Assembly (NCBI GenBank): GCA_902761395.1 | Contig: CACWKJ010000003.1 | Span: forward strand, 1-29,547 | Direction of reading: 5' to 3' | DNA length: 29,547 nt | DNA from: an uncultured Elusimicrobium sp. | GTDB lineage: Bacteria; Elusimicrobiota; Endomicrobiia; Endomicrobiales; Endomicrobiaceae | Shown: piece after piece, positions 1 through 8,295 of the stretch | Numbering within the stretch: the first letter of the stretch is position 1 | How the letters are laid out: each line of letters opens with the position of its first letter | The notes under the pieces: generated by a model | What the model was told of the DNA's origin: nothing | What the model saw: only the letters and a program-made list of their open reading frames with translations | The model's database searches: none | Position numbers and translations under genes: made by a program

Positions 1-882
1 ATATTCCATTCTTTCGGGTTCACTTGCGGAATGGTTCTTCCTATAACAAGTGCCATAAAAGTTTTCTTTTATCCTACACCGTTACATTATAAAATTATTC
101 CTGAACTTATTTATGATACAAACTCAACAATTACATTTACTACACCTACTTTCTTTAGCGGATACGGTAAAAGTGCACATGCTTACGACTTTTATTCTAT
201 AAGACTTGCAGTTGCTGGTGCCGAAAGAGCAAAAGAAGAAACAGCAAAGAGTTTATTTACGAATTTCGGTATAAATCTTTTGGAAGGTTACGGAGCTACG
301 GAAACAGCCCCTGTTCTTTCGGTAAATACTCCTATGTATCATAAAAAAGGTTCCGTGGGTAGAATTTTCCCGGGAATGCAAATGAGATTGGATGAAGTTC
401 CCGGAATAAAAGACGGCAAAAAACTTGTAGTTAAAGGCAGAAATGTGATGTTAGGTTATATAAAGAGCGATAATCCGGGTATAATACAACCTTTGGAAGA
501 CGGTTGGTATGATACCGGTGATATCGTTTCCGTAGATAAAGATAATTTTATTACCATAAAAGGCAGAGCAAAGAGATTTGCAAAAATTGCCGGTGAAATG
601 GTTTCGTTAACCGCCGTAGAAGAAATGATAACGGCTCTTTGGCCTACTTATCAACATGCGGTTGTTACAATACCGGATGAAAAGAAAGGTGAACAGTTGA
701 TACTGTTTACTACAAGGCCTGACACTGTTTTCAGTGAAATAAGTGCTGCTTTTAAAGCGCAGGGTTCAAGTGATTTGTTTGTTCCTAAAAAGATAAAAGT
801 GTTGGAAGAAATGATTATTATGGGTAACGGTAAAGTTGATTATGTTACACTTGGCCAAAAAGCACTTGAGTTGTTTAACTAA
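1..882 (+). CDS. aas: Acyl-ACP synthetase / 2-acylglycerophosphoethanolamine acyltransferase, AMP-binding C-terminal part (5'-partial)
   Basis: Frame is open from base 1 (IFHSFGFTCGMVLP). Adenylate-forming motifs EGYGATE, WYDTGD, GRAKRFAKIAGEMVSL and GKVDY are present. Confidence 0.85.
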   Translation: MFHSFGFTCGMVLPITSAIKVFFYPTPLHYKIIPELIYDTNSTITFTTPTFFSGYGKSAHAYDFYSIRLAVAGAERAKEETAKSLFTNFGINLLEGYGATETAPVLSVNTPMYHKKGSVGRIFPGMQMRLDEVPGIKDGKKLVVKGRNVMLGYIKSDNPGIIQPLEDGWYDTGDIVSVDKDNFITIKGRAKRFAKIAGEMVSLTAVEEMITALWPTYQHAVVTIPDEKKGEQLILFTTRPDTVFSEISAAFKAQGSSDLFVPKKIKVLEEMIIMGNGKVDYVTLGQKALELFN

Positions 883-893
883 TTTAAATATCT

Positions 894-920
894 GTCATCC
901 CGTACTTGATACGGGATCTA
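894..920 (+). repeat. GTC-tagged REP-like palindrome
   Basis: GTC-ATCCCGTA-CTTGA-TACGGGAT-CTA, 11 nt after the aas stop. Confidence 0.85.
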
Positions 921-941
921 TAAAAAATGTTCTTTATATAC

Positions 942-1156
942 TTTTTAAAATTTCTCATTTTCAAGCACTAAAGCTATTCATTTGAAAATTTTAAAGCCGT
1001 GCTCCAACTTGAAAAATCCTAACAACCTAATGTAACGGATTTTTCTTTAAACATGTTCGCACTAAAAAACTTTAAGAGATTTATAGTTTTTTACTTTAAA
1101 ATTTTCTGCATTCATAGACAGCTTTAATTGTGCTTTTTAAATGAAAATTTTAAAAG
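942..1156. mobile_element. MITE-like element, copy A (~215 bp, imperfect ~26 bp terminal inverted repeats)
   Basis: Left end TTTTTAAAATTTCTCATTTTCAAGCAC, right end GTGCTTTTTAAATGAAAATTTTAAAAG. The interior is colinear with 7865-8084. Confidence 0.65.
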
Positions 1157-1276
1157 AATTATGGTATGTAAAAGATCCATTGTAGTTATGATTAAAATAC
1201 TATAATGGGTTTTAAAATATACAAAAAGATTTATAATGTATAATGTATTATACATAAAGATTAAGGAAGTTCGATT

Positions 1277-3127
1277 ATGAGTACAAGAGAAGATGTAAGA
1301 AATGTAGCAATAATAGCCCATGTTGACCATGGTAAAACAACAATAGTAGATTCAATGTTGAAGGTTGCCGGTGAATGGACAGTTAAAGATGATGAAGTTC
1401 AAGATACCGTTTTGGATTCCGATCCCATTGAAAGGGAAAGAGGGATTACAATCCTTGCAAAGTGTACTTCAATAAAATATAAAGATCATACCATAAACAT
1501 AGTAGATACTCCGGGACATGCCGATTTCGGCAGCGAAGTTGAAAGAGTATTGAAAATGGTGGACAGTGCAATTCTTATGGTGGATGCGGCCGAAGGTCCT
1601 ATGCCGCAAACAAGATTTGTTTTAAGAAAAGCATTGGAACTCGGTTTAAATCCCATAGTTGTTATAAACAAAATGGATAAACCGCAAGCCAATGCCAGTA
1701 AAGCAATAGATGATATATTTGAATTGTTTATGAAACTCGGTGCAACAGACAGGCAACTTGATTTTCCTATTTTTTATGCTTCCGGCAGGGAAGGTTGGGC
1801 AAGCACAAAGATAGATGCCAAAGGAACGGATGTTTCTCCGTTACTTGACGGCATAATAAAATATGTTCCGGCACCTGAAGCCGATAAAGATAAACATTTG
1901 CAAATGCAAATAACAATGATAGATTATAACAACTTTTTAGGCAGAGTGGGTATCGGAAGAATTTTAAACGGTTCAATAAAAAAAGGTCAAACGGTTCTTC
2001 TTGTAAATAAAGACGGATCAACTCAAGCAAAAGCGGTAAAAATAGAAAAGTTTTTAGGACTTTCAAAGGTTGAAGTTGAAGAAGCCTGGGCCGGGGATAT
2101 TGTTTCGATATCCGGTCTTGAAGGATTAAAAGTCGGTGACACAATTTGTGAATTGGAACATCCGTTACCGCTTGAGCCTTTAGCAATAGATGAACCGACA
2201 ATATCTATGGACTTTTTGGTTAACGATTCACCTTTTGCAGGCAGGGAAGGTAAATTTTTAACATCAAGACATTTAAAAGCAAGACTCGAAAAAGAAGCTC
2301 AAACCAATGTCGGTTTAAAAGTTGAAGAACTTGAAGGTGAAGGAAGATTTAAAGTTTCCGGCAGAGGTGAACTTCATTTAACCGTTCTTATAGAAAATAT
2401 GAGAAGAGAAGGTTTTGAACTTGCAGTATCAAGTCCTGAAGTTATTTTTAAAGAAGTTGACGGGAAAATGTGCGAACCTATGGAATATCTTATTCTTGAT
2501 ATAGATTCCGATTTTCAGGGAGTAGTTTTTGAACTTATCGGTAAAAGAAGTGCACAACTTGAAAATATGGTAAGTGAAGGTAAAGATCATTTAAGGTTGG
2601 AATATATTATTCCGTCAAGAGCATTGATAGGATTTAAAAACGAATTTTTAACCGCGACAAAAGGTACCGGAATAATGCATCACAGTTTTTACGGATATTT
2701 ACCGAAAGCGGATATTTCTTCTTTAAGAGGTAACGGAGTATTTATTGCTATGGCTCCGGGAAAAACCACCGCTTATGCTTTACATAATTTGGAAGACGGC
2801 GGAGAAATGTTTGTAGGTCCGGGTGAAGAAGTTTATGAAGGTATGATAGTCGGACAAAATTCCAGAGAAAGAGATCTTGTGGTTAATCCGTGCAAACCTA
2901 AAAAACTTACCAACATGAGAAGTAAAGCGGCAGATGAAGCATTAACATTAACACCGCACAGAGTTATGAGTTTGGAACAATCCGTGGAATATATTGCTCC
3001 CGACGAACTTGTGGAAATTACACCGACATCGTTAAGGTTAAGAAAAAAGATATTAAATGCTTTGGACAGAAAAAGAACGGCAAGAAACGAAAGATACGAA
3101 GAAGCCCAACTCGAGCAGGAAGATTAA
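1277..3127 (+). CDS. typA: Translational GTPase TypA/BipA
   Basis: RNVAIIAHVDHGKTT, ERERGITILAK, DTPGHADF, NKMD, GRGELHL, and the BipA C-terminal ELVEITPTSLRLRK. Confidence 0.97.
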   Translation: MSTREDVRNVAIIAHVDHGKTTIVDSMLKVAGEWTVKDDEVQDTVLDSDPIERERGITILAKCTSIKYKDHTINIVDTPGHADFGSEVERVLKMVDSAILMVDAAEGPMPQTRFVLRKALELGLNPIVVINKMDKPQANASKAIDDIFELFMKLGATDRQLDFPIFYASGREGWASTKIDAKGTDVSPLLDGIIKYVPAPEADKDKHLQMQITMIDYNNFLGRVGIGRILNGSIKKGQTVLLVNKDGSTQAKAVKIEKFLGLSKVEVEEAWAGDIVSISGLEGLKVGDTICELEHPLPLEPLAIDEPTISMDFLVNDSPFAGREGKFLTSRHLKARLEKEAQTNVGLKVEELEGEGRFKVSGRGELHLTVLIENMRREGFELAVSSPEVIFKEVDGKMCEPMEYLILDIDSDFQGVVFELIGKRSAQLENMVSEGKDHLRLEYIIPSRALIGFKNEFLTATKGTGIMHHSFYGYLPKADISSLRGNGVFIAMAPGKTTAYALHNLEDGGEMFVGPGEEVYEGMIVGQNSRERDLVVNPCKPKKLTNMRSKAADEALTLTPHRVMSLEQSVEYIAPDELVEITPTSLRLRKKILNALDRKRTARNERYEEAQLEQED

Positions 3128-3136
3128 TATAGTTGT

Positions 3137-3163
3137 GTCATTCCGGACTCGATCCGGAATCTA
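3137..3163 (+). repeat. GTC-tagged REP-like palindrome
   Basis: GTC-ATTCCGGA-CTCGA-TCCGGAAT-CTA, 9 nt after the typA stop. Confidence 0.85.
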
Positions 3164-3175
3164 TGGAAAATAGTT

Positions 3176-3229
3176 CTTTTAAAATTTCTCATTTACAAGC
3201 AAAAAAGCCATTCGTTTGAAATTTTAAAA
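3176..3229. mobile_element. Short (54 bp) derivative of the MITE-like element, copy B
   Basis: 3172-3221 is identical over 50 bp to 7861-7910. It is closed by GAAATTTTAAAA, a 12 bp inverse of the left end. Confidence 0.6.
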
Positions 3230-3254
3230 AACATATTTATTGTCGTTTTAAAAA

Positions 3255-3263
3255 TGGTATAAT
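3255..3263 (+). promoter_or_regulatory. Extended -10 promoter element
   Basis: TGGTATAAT located 34 nt upstream of the 3298 ATG, with GGAG SD at about 3285. Confidence 0.45.
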
Positions 3264-3297
3264 AGGAAAAAATTATTTTAAATAGGAGCAGGTAAGT

Positions 3298-4194
3298 ATG
3301 AAAAAGTTATTTTTATTGGCAGTAGCAACAGTTATGTTGTTTTCAACAGCAGTATTTGCAGGAACAAAAGAGGGTTTGGAATTGGAATTGAAACAATTGG
3401 CGGTTAGTATCACAAGTACCGAAGTTCACAATTCTTCAGTAGCATTTACAAATGCAAGATTAACAGCCGATCCGCAAACAGCAATTCAAGGTAAATTGGA
3501 TTTTGATGCAAGATATTTTTTACCTAAATTCTTGTGGACAAATAATCTTTATATGGAATACGGTAAAACAACAGTAAGACCGGTAGACAAAGAAGAACTT
3601 ACAACGGAAAATGCAGATAAAATTACCGTAACATCGGATTTAACATACAGATTATGGACAGTAGGAGAAGATTTTATAGGCGGTTTTGAAGCCGGTCCTT
3701 TTGTAAATATCGGTTATGAAACGGAATTTGATGCACCTGAAATCGAAATAGAAGAAGGAGTAAAAGAAACAGGTAACAGAAAACAAATTCTCAGAGGTAA
3801 AGCCGGTGCAAAACTTTTTGAAGGTAAATATTTGAAAGAATTGTATGCAGCATATGTTTTTGAAAGAGATTTTACTTATACACCGGAAACAAACAGATCA
3901 GCTTTTGAAGCAGGTTTCAAAGCAGAAGCTGAAATTAGAGAAGGTGTAAAATTAGTAGCATGGTCATATTACAGAGATTATTTATCACAAACAGAAGAAT
4001 ATATCAGCGATTTGGATTATGAAGTGGAAGCGGAATTAAGACTTGATGTAAAATTATGGAACAATCTTTCCGTAGCACCTTTTGTTAACTATTATTGTGC
4101 AGCAGCACAACATTTTAATTGTGTAGCAGACAATTGGTACACAGGTGTACAAATTTCTTACAGCACATTCTTTAAAAAAGCTGACGAAATATAA
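3298..4194 (+). CDS. Exported hypothetical protein, probable outer-membrane beta-barrel
   Basis: Sec signal peptide ending AVFA, alternating amphipathic strands rich in Y/F/W, and C-terminal YTGVQISY. Confidence 0.6.
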   Translation: MKKLFLLAVATVMLFSTAVFAGTKEGLELELKQLAVSITSTEVHNSSVAFTNARLTADPQTAIQGKLDFDARYFLPKFLWTNNLYMEYGKTTVRPVDKEELTTENADKITVTSDLTYRLWTVGEDFIGGFEAGPFVNIGYETEFDAPEIEIEEGVKETGNRKQILRGKAGAKLFEGKYLKELYAAYVFERDFTYTPETNRSAFEAGFKAEAEIREGVKLVAWSYYRDYLSQTEEYISDLDYEVEAELRLDVKLWNNLSVAPFVNYYCAAAQHFNCVADNWYTGVQISYSTFFKKADEI

Positions 4195-4212
4195 TTTTAA
4201 GTTAACATAATA

Positions 4213-4250
4213 AAAATAAGCTCTATTGTTAAAATAGGGCTTATTTTTTT
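4213..4250 (+). terminator. Rho-independent terminator
   Basis: AAAATAAGCTCTATT-GTTAA-AATAGGGCTTATTTT followed by a T-run. Confidence 0.8.
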
Positions 4251-4299
4251 TGTCAATAAATGGTAAAATTACTCTAATAATATTATAGGAGAATTTTAT

Positions 4300-4683
4300 A
4301 TGAAAAATATGCCGGAATTTAATAAAGTATCAAAACAATTATTACAGGCAATGCCTTACCAATATGTCGGTAACAACATAAATGTTTGTATAGAAACAGA
4401 CGAATTTACATGTCTTTGTCCGTGGACGGGACTTCCTGATTTTGCACATTTAAAAATTCAGTATGTTCCCAACAAAGTTGTTGTTGAACTAAAATCTTTA
4501 AAAATGTATTTGCAGTCTTACAGAATGGTTGGTATGGTTCACGAATCCGTAGTAAACAGTATTATGAAAGATATTAAAGCATTGTTAAAACCGAAACAAA
4601 TATACGTTGAACTCGTATTTAAAATCAGAGGCGGAATTACAACAACAGTTTCCGCAGGCAGCATTAAAGAAGGTAAAAAATAA
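4300..4683 (+). CDS. queF: NADPH-dependent 7-cyano-7-deazaguanine (preQ0) reductase, type I
   Basis: EFTCLCPWTGLPDFA, QueF motif ELKSLKMYL, HES and RGGI. Confidence 0.92.
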   Translation: MKNMPEFNKVSKQLLQAMPYQYVGNNINVCIETDEFTCLCPWTGLPDFAHLKIQYVPNKVVVELKSLKMYLQSYRMVGMVHESVVNSIMKDIKALLKPKQIYVELVFKIRGGITTTVSAGSIKEGKK

Positions 4684-6573
4684 ATGTCAAAATCGATAGC
4701 ATTTGTCGGTAACCCTAATGTCGGCAAATCGGTAATATTTAATAAACTTACAGGTCAGTATGCCGTTGTTTCAAACTACGCCGGAACGACAGTTGATGTT
4801 ACAAGAGGAAATATTACAATCGGCAGTGAACAGTACCAGGTTGTAGATACTCCCGGCACATACTCTTTAATGCCGTTATCCGAAGACGAGCAAGTTACAA
4901 GAGATTTAATAATAAAAGAAAAGCCCAACATTATAGTGCAGGTTTGCGACATGAAAAATATAGAAAGGTCGCTGCACTTGTTCTGTGAACTTGCATTGTT
5001 TAAAATTCCTATGGTGTTGGTTTTGAACATGAGAGATGAAGCCATTCAGTCGGGAATTAGAATAAATATAAAAAAATTAACGGAAATTTTGGGTGTTCCT
5101 ATAACCTGCTGTACGGCAACAACCGGCGACGGTGTAAGTGATATTTTAAAAATCATACCGCAGGCAACCGTAAGCAATTTAAACATCGAATATAAAAACA
5201 ATAAAGATATTTTAACAATAGAAAACGTTTTAAAAGATAAAACTTCAATATCTAAAGCGTTATCCGTATATTTGTTGTCGGGCGATAAAGATATAAAACA
5301 GTATGTTCCGCAAAAGTTGCAGGAAAAAGTTTTTAAGTTGGTATCGGATACAGTTAAAAACGAATACAAAATGTTTGCGGCACAAATATTTCACGATAAC
5401 AATGAAACAATATTAAAAATCGTTTCCGAAGTAAAAAAAATAAAACACAGAAAACATAAAAGTGTTATGGAAAAGATAGGCAACATTTGTTTGCATCCGT
5501 TTTGGGGAACGATAATAATGTTGTTCATTATTTTTATAATGTACGAATTTATAGGAGTGTTTGTTGCAGGTGTCGTTGTAGATTGGATACAAACGAAAGT
5601 TTTTGAAGAATTAATAAATCCGTTTATTGCAAACTGTTTTGATTATTTGGGAACGGGACCGGTTGTAAATTTTATAAAAGATTTGTTTGTAGGTCAGTAC
5701 GGAATTTTTACAATGGCAATACCGTACGCTTTTGCAATAATCTTTCCTATAGTTATTGCATTTTTTTCTTTTTTCGGAATATTGGAAGATTCAGGTTATT
5801 TACCGAGATTGTCGGTAATACTTAACAGGTTGTTTTCACTTGTAGGTTTAAACGGTAAAGCCGTTCTTCCTATGGTGTTGGGAGTAGGTTGCGGAACGAT
5901 GGCTGTGCTAAGTTCAAGAATACTTGAGACAAAAAAAGAAAGGATGATAGTTGTAATTTTGTTATCTCTTTCAATACCGTGTTCCGCACAGTTGGGAATT
6001 ATTCTTGCAATGTTATCGTCCGTATCATATAAAGCAACAATAGTTTGGTTGTTATGTATATTGTTTTCGCTTTTCCTGGTAGGAAAAATTTTAGATTTTT
6101 ATGTTAAAGGCGAGTCTACAAACTTTATTATAGAAATTCCTAAAATGAGAATACCGTCAATAATAAACATTTTATCTAAAGTTAAAATGAGACTTGTTTG
6201 GTACATGAAAGAAGTTGTTCCTTTATTTATTTTGGCTACGGTCGGTTTGTTTTTTATGGATAAAATTCATTTGCTTACAACACTTGAAAGATGGTTTTCA
6301 CCGATAGTAGTAAAATTTTTAGGGTTGCCTGTAGAAACGACAAGCACATTTATTATGGGTTTTTTAAGAAGAGATTACGGAGCATCCGGAATTTATACTT
6401 TGGCACAAGACGGACTTTTATCCGGAACACAAATTTTGGTTAGTGCGGTAGTTATAACATTGTTTGTTCCTTGTCTTGCACAAAGTTTGATGGTAATAAA
6501 TAGCGATAACGACTTATGCTGTATTGTTTGGCGGATTATTAAGATTTTTATTGTCGGGATTTTAAAGACATGA
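4684..6573 (+). CDS. feoB: Ferrous iron transporter FeoB, with 3' end altered by an apparent frameshifting deletion near 6499
   Basis: G1 GNPNVGKS, NYAGTTVD, DTPG, EDSGYLPR, PCSAQ and TLFVPC. The natural-looking last helix IAITTYAVLFGGLLRFLLSGF* lies in the +1 frame at 6500-6565. Confidence 0.9.
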   Translation: MSKSIAFVGNPNVGKSVIFNKLTGQYAVVSNYAGTTVDVTRGNITIGSEQYQVVDTPGTYSLMPLSEDEQVTRDLIIKEKPNIIVQVCDMKNIERSLHLFCELALFKIPMVLVLNMRDEAIQSGIRINIKKLTEILGVPITCCTATTGDGVSDILKIIPQATVSNLNIEYKNNKDILTIENVLKDKTSISKALSVYLLSGDKDIKQYVPQKLQEKVFKLVSDTVKNEYKMFAAQIFHDNNETILKIVSEVKKIKHRKHKSVMEKIGNICLHPFWGTIIMLFIIFIMYEFIGVFVAGVVVDWIQTKVFEELINPFIANCFDYLGTGPVVNFIKDLFVGQYGIFTMAIPYAFAIIFPIVIAFFSFFGILEDSGYLPRLSVILNRLFSLVGLNGKAVLPMVLGVGCGTMAVLSSRILETKKERMIVVILLSLSIPCSAQLGIILAMLSSVSYKATIVWLLCILFSLFLVGKILDFYVKGESTNFIIEIPKMRIPSIINILSKVKMRLVWYMKEVVPLFILATVGLFFMDKIHLLTTLERWFSPIVVKFLGLPVETTSTFIMGFLRRDYGASGIYTLAQDGLLSGTQILVSAVVITLFVPCLAQSLMVINSDNDLCCIVWRIIKIFIVGILKT

Positions 6574-7211
6574 AAACAAAACTTATAGAAAACAACAGTA
6601 ACGATTTAGTTGTGTTTTTAACAGGTTGGGGATGCGACGATAACCAGTTTAAAAATTTTTCTTCAAGCAAAAATTTGTTATTGTGTTGGGACTATTGTAC
6701 ATTGGATTTTGAGTTTGATTTCAGTAAATATAATAAAGTAAGTTTATTAACTTATTCTGCGGGCGTTTTGATAGCATGTTTGCTGCAGGATAAATTTCCT
6801 GAATTCGATAAAAAAGTTGCCGTAAACGGTAATCCGTTAATGACAGATAAGAAGTTCGGTATAAGCAAAAAAATTATAGATTTAATGTTGAACTTAAATT
6901 TAGATAACTGCATGGACTTTATATCAACCTATCTTGTCCACGATGAACAAGAACTTAAAAAGTTTCTGTCTGCACCTTCTTACAGACCGTTTGAAAGTTC
7001 AAAGCAGGAAATAATAAAGTTACAGGAATACTGTAATTTAAAGTTTACACCGATAGAATTTGATAAAGTGATTTTGTCCGATAATGATAAAGTATTTAAT
7101 CCGGCTACACAACAGGAATATTTTAAAGGTAATTTTGTGTTGCTGAAAAATGCGTCACATCATACACCGTTCTTACGATTTAGTTCCGTTGATGAAATTT
7201 TTAATTTGTAG
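6570..7211 (+). CDS. DUF452 / BioG-like pimeloyl-ACP methyl ester esterase (alpha/beta hydrolase)
   Basis: VVFLTGWG oxyanion motif, YSAG nucleophile elbow, AVNGNP, DKVF and HTPF. Confidence 0.7.
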   Translation: MKTKLIENNSNDLVVFLTGWGCDDNQFKNFSSSKNLLLCWDYCTLDFEFDFSKYNKVSLLTYSAGVLIACLLQDKFPEFDKKVAVNGNPLMTDKKFGISKKIIDLMLNLNLDNCMDFISTYLVHDEQELKKFLSAPSYRPFESSKQEIIKLQEYCNLKFTPIEFDKVILSDNDKVFNPATQQEYFKGNFVLLKNASHHTPFLRFSSVDEIFNL

Positions 7212-7226
7212 GTAAAAAGGGGAAAA

Positions 7227-7856
7227 ATGAATCCAAACCCAAACAAAATATTTCCTAACAGAAAAGTTAAAACAATAACAAATGTTAAACCTGCGATAAA
7301 AAACAAAAATATTATTGTCGGAGACTTTACTTATTTTGCAGATACCGATTTTGAAAAGCATGTAACACACCATTATGATTTTATCGGGGATAAACTGATA
7401 ATAGGAAAATTTTGTCAGATAGCTGCAGGTGTAAATTTTGTAATGAACGGTGCAAACCATCAAATGAATGCGGTTACAACATTTCCTTTTTATATTTTTG
7501 AAGGTTGGAAACAAAAAGTTCCGCCGTTAAACAAAATGCCTTTAAAAGGTGATACAATAATAGGTAATGATGTTTGGATAGGACAAAATGTAACAATTTT
7601 GCCGGGAGTACATATCGGGGACGGAGCAATTATAGGATTAAATTCCGTTGTAGGAAGTGATGTTGCTCCATACACGATAGTTGCAGGTAATCCTGCAAAA
7701 GTAATAAGAAAAAGATTTGATAATCAGTTGATAAAATTGTTGCTTAAGTTAAAATGGTGGGATAAAAGCATAAAAGAAATTAACGACTTAATCCCGATTT
7801 TAACGGATAATAATTTAACAGAAGTAAAGAAGAAGTTGAAGAAAATAGTTCTGTAA
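7227..7856 (+). CDS. Vat/CatB family xenobiotic O-acetyltransferase (hexapeptide repeat)
   Basis: MNPNPNKIFP N-terminus, VTHHYDFIGDKLIIGKFCQIA, MNGANH, TTFPF, KGDTIIGNDVWIG, GNPAKVIRKRF and KWWD. Confidence 0.9.
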   Translation: MNPNPNKIFPNRKVKTITNVKPAIKNKNIIVGDFTYFADTDFEKHVTHHYDFIGDKLIIGKFCQIAAGVNFVMNGANHQMNAVTTFPFYIFEGWKQKVPPLNKMPLKGDTIIGNDVWIGQNVTILPGVHIGDGAIIGLNSVVGSDVAPYTIVAGNPAKVIRKRFDNQLIKLLLKLKWWDKSIKEINDLIPILTDNNLTEVKKKLKKIVL

Positions 7857-7864
7857 AAACAGTT

Positions 7865-8084
7865 CTTTTAAAATTTCTCATTTACAAGCAAAAAAGCCAT
7901 TCGTTTGAAAATTGAAAACCAAAGGCCAACTCGCTTTTTTCTAACGACCTAATGAAACGAAAAAAGCTCAAACAATGACACATTGCCCTACGGGAAAAAA
8001 CTTGATTGATTTATAGTTTTTTGTTTTCAATTTTCTGCACTCATAGACGGCTTTAATCATGCTTGTAAACGAAAATTTTAAAAG
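7865..8084. mobile_element. MITE-like element, copy C (220 bp)
   Basis: Terminal inverted repeats CTTTTAAAATTTCTCATTTACAAGCA / TGCTTGTAAACGAAAATTTTAAAAG, with no ORF inside. Confidence 0.7.
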
Positions 8085-8087
8085 TCT

Positions 8088-8122
8088 GTCATTGCGAGGC
8101 GGTGTAACCGCCGTGGCAATCC
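8088..8122 (+). repeat. GTC-tagged palindrome, long bulged class
   Basis: GTCATTGCGA-GGCGG-TGTAA-CCGCC-GTGGCAATCC. Confidence 0.8.
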
Positions 8123-8177
8123 GGTCGTTGTCGTTTTGTCGTTGTCGTTAGATTTACAAGTTCGTAAACGAAACGAA

Positions 8178-8243
8178 GTGTTTTCAAAATGAAGTGTACT
8201 AAAAAGACAGCGGAGCGAATGAGTACATGATTTTTGAAAACAC
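8178..8243. repeat. Hairpin element with AATGAAGTGTA core
   Basis: 12 bp IR GTGTTTTCAAAA / TTTTGAAAACAC with inner GTACT/AGTAC. The core is shared with 26912-26971. Confidence 0.55.
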
Positions 8244-8295
8244 AAAGTTGCAGTTAGAAATTGCAAATCGTTATAATCTGTAAAAGGAGAAAAGT

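Noticed and set aside
1124-1330. Small ORFs over repeats (1124-1330, 8078-8266, 19454-19642, 21282-21467)
   Set aside because: They are translations of repeat or AT-rich intergenic DNA or overlap real genes, with no coding support.
4195-4299. preQ1 riboswitch upstream of queF
   Set aside because: The only hairpin is the upstream gene's terminator. No preQ1-I pattern (AGAGGTTCTAG...CCCTCTATAAAAAACTAA-like) is visible.
8244-8295. DtxR/MntR operator upstream of the regulator or of queF-feoB
   Set aside because: No convincing 19 bp palindrome. Only short AT-rich symmetry (for example ATAATATTAT at 4277-4286), which is expected by chance.
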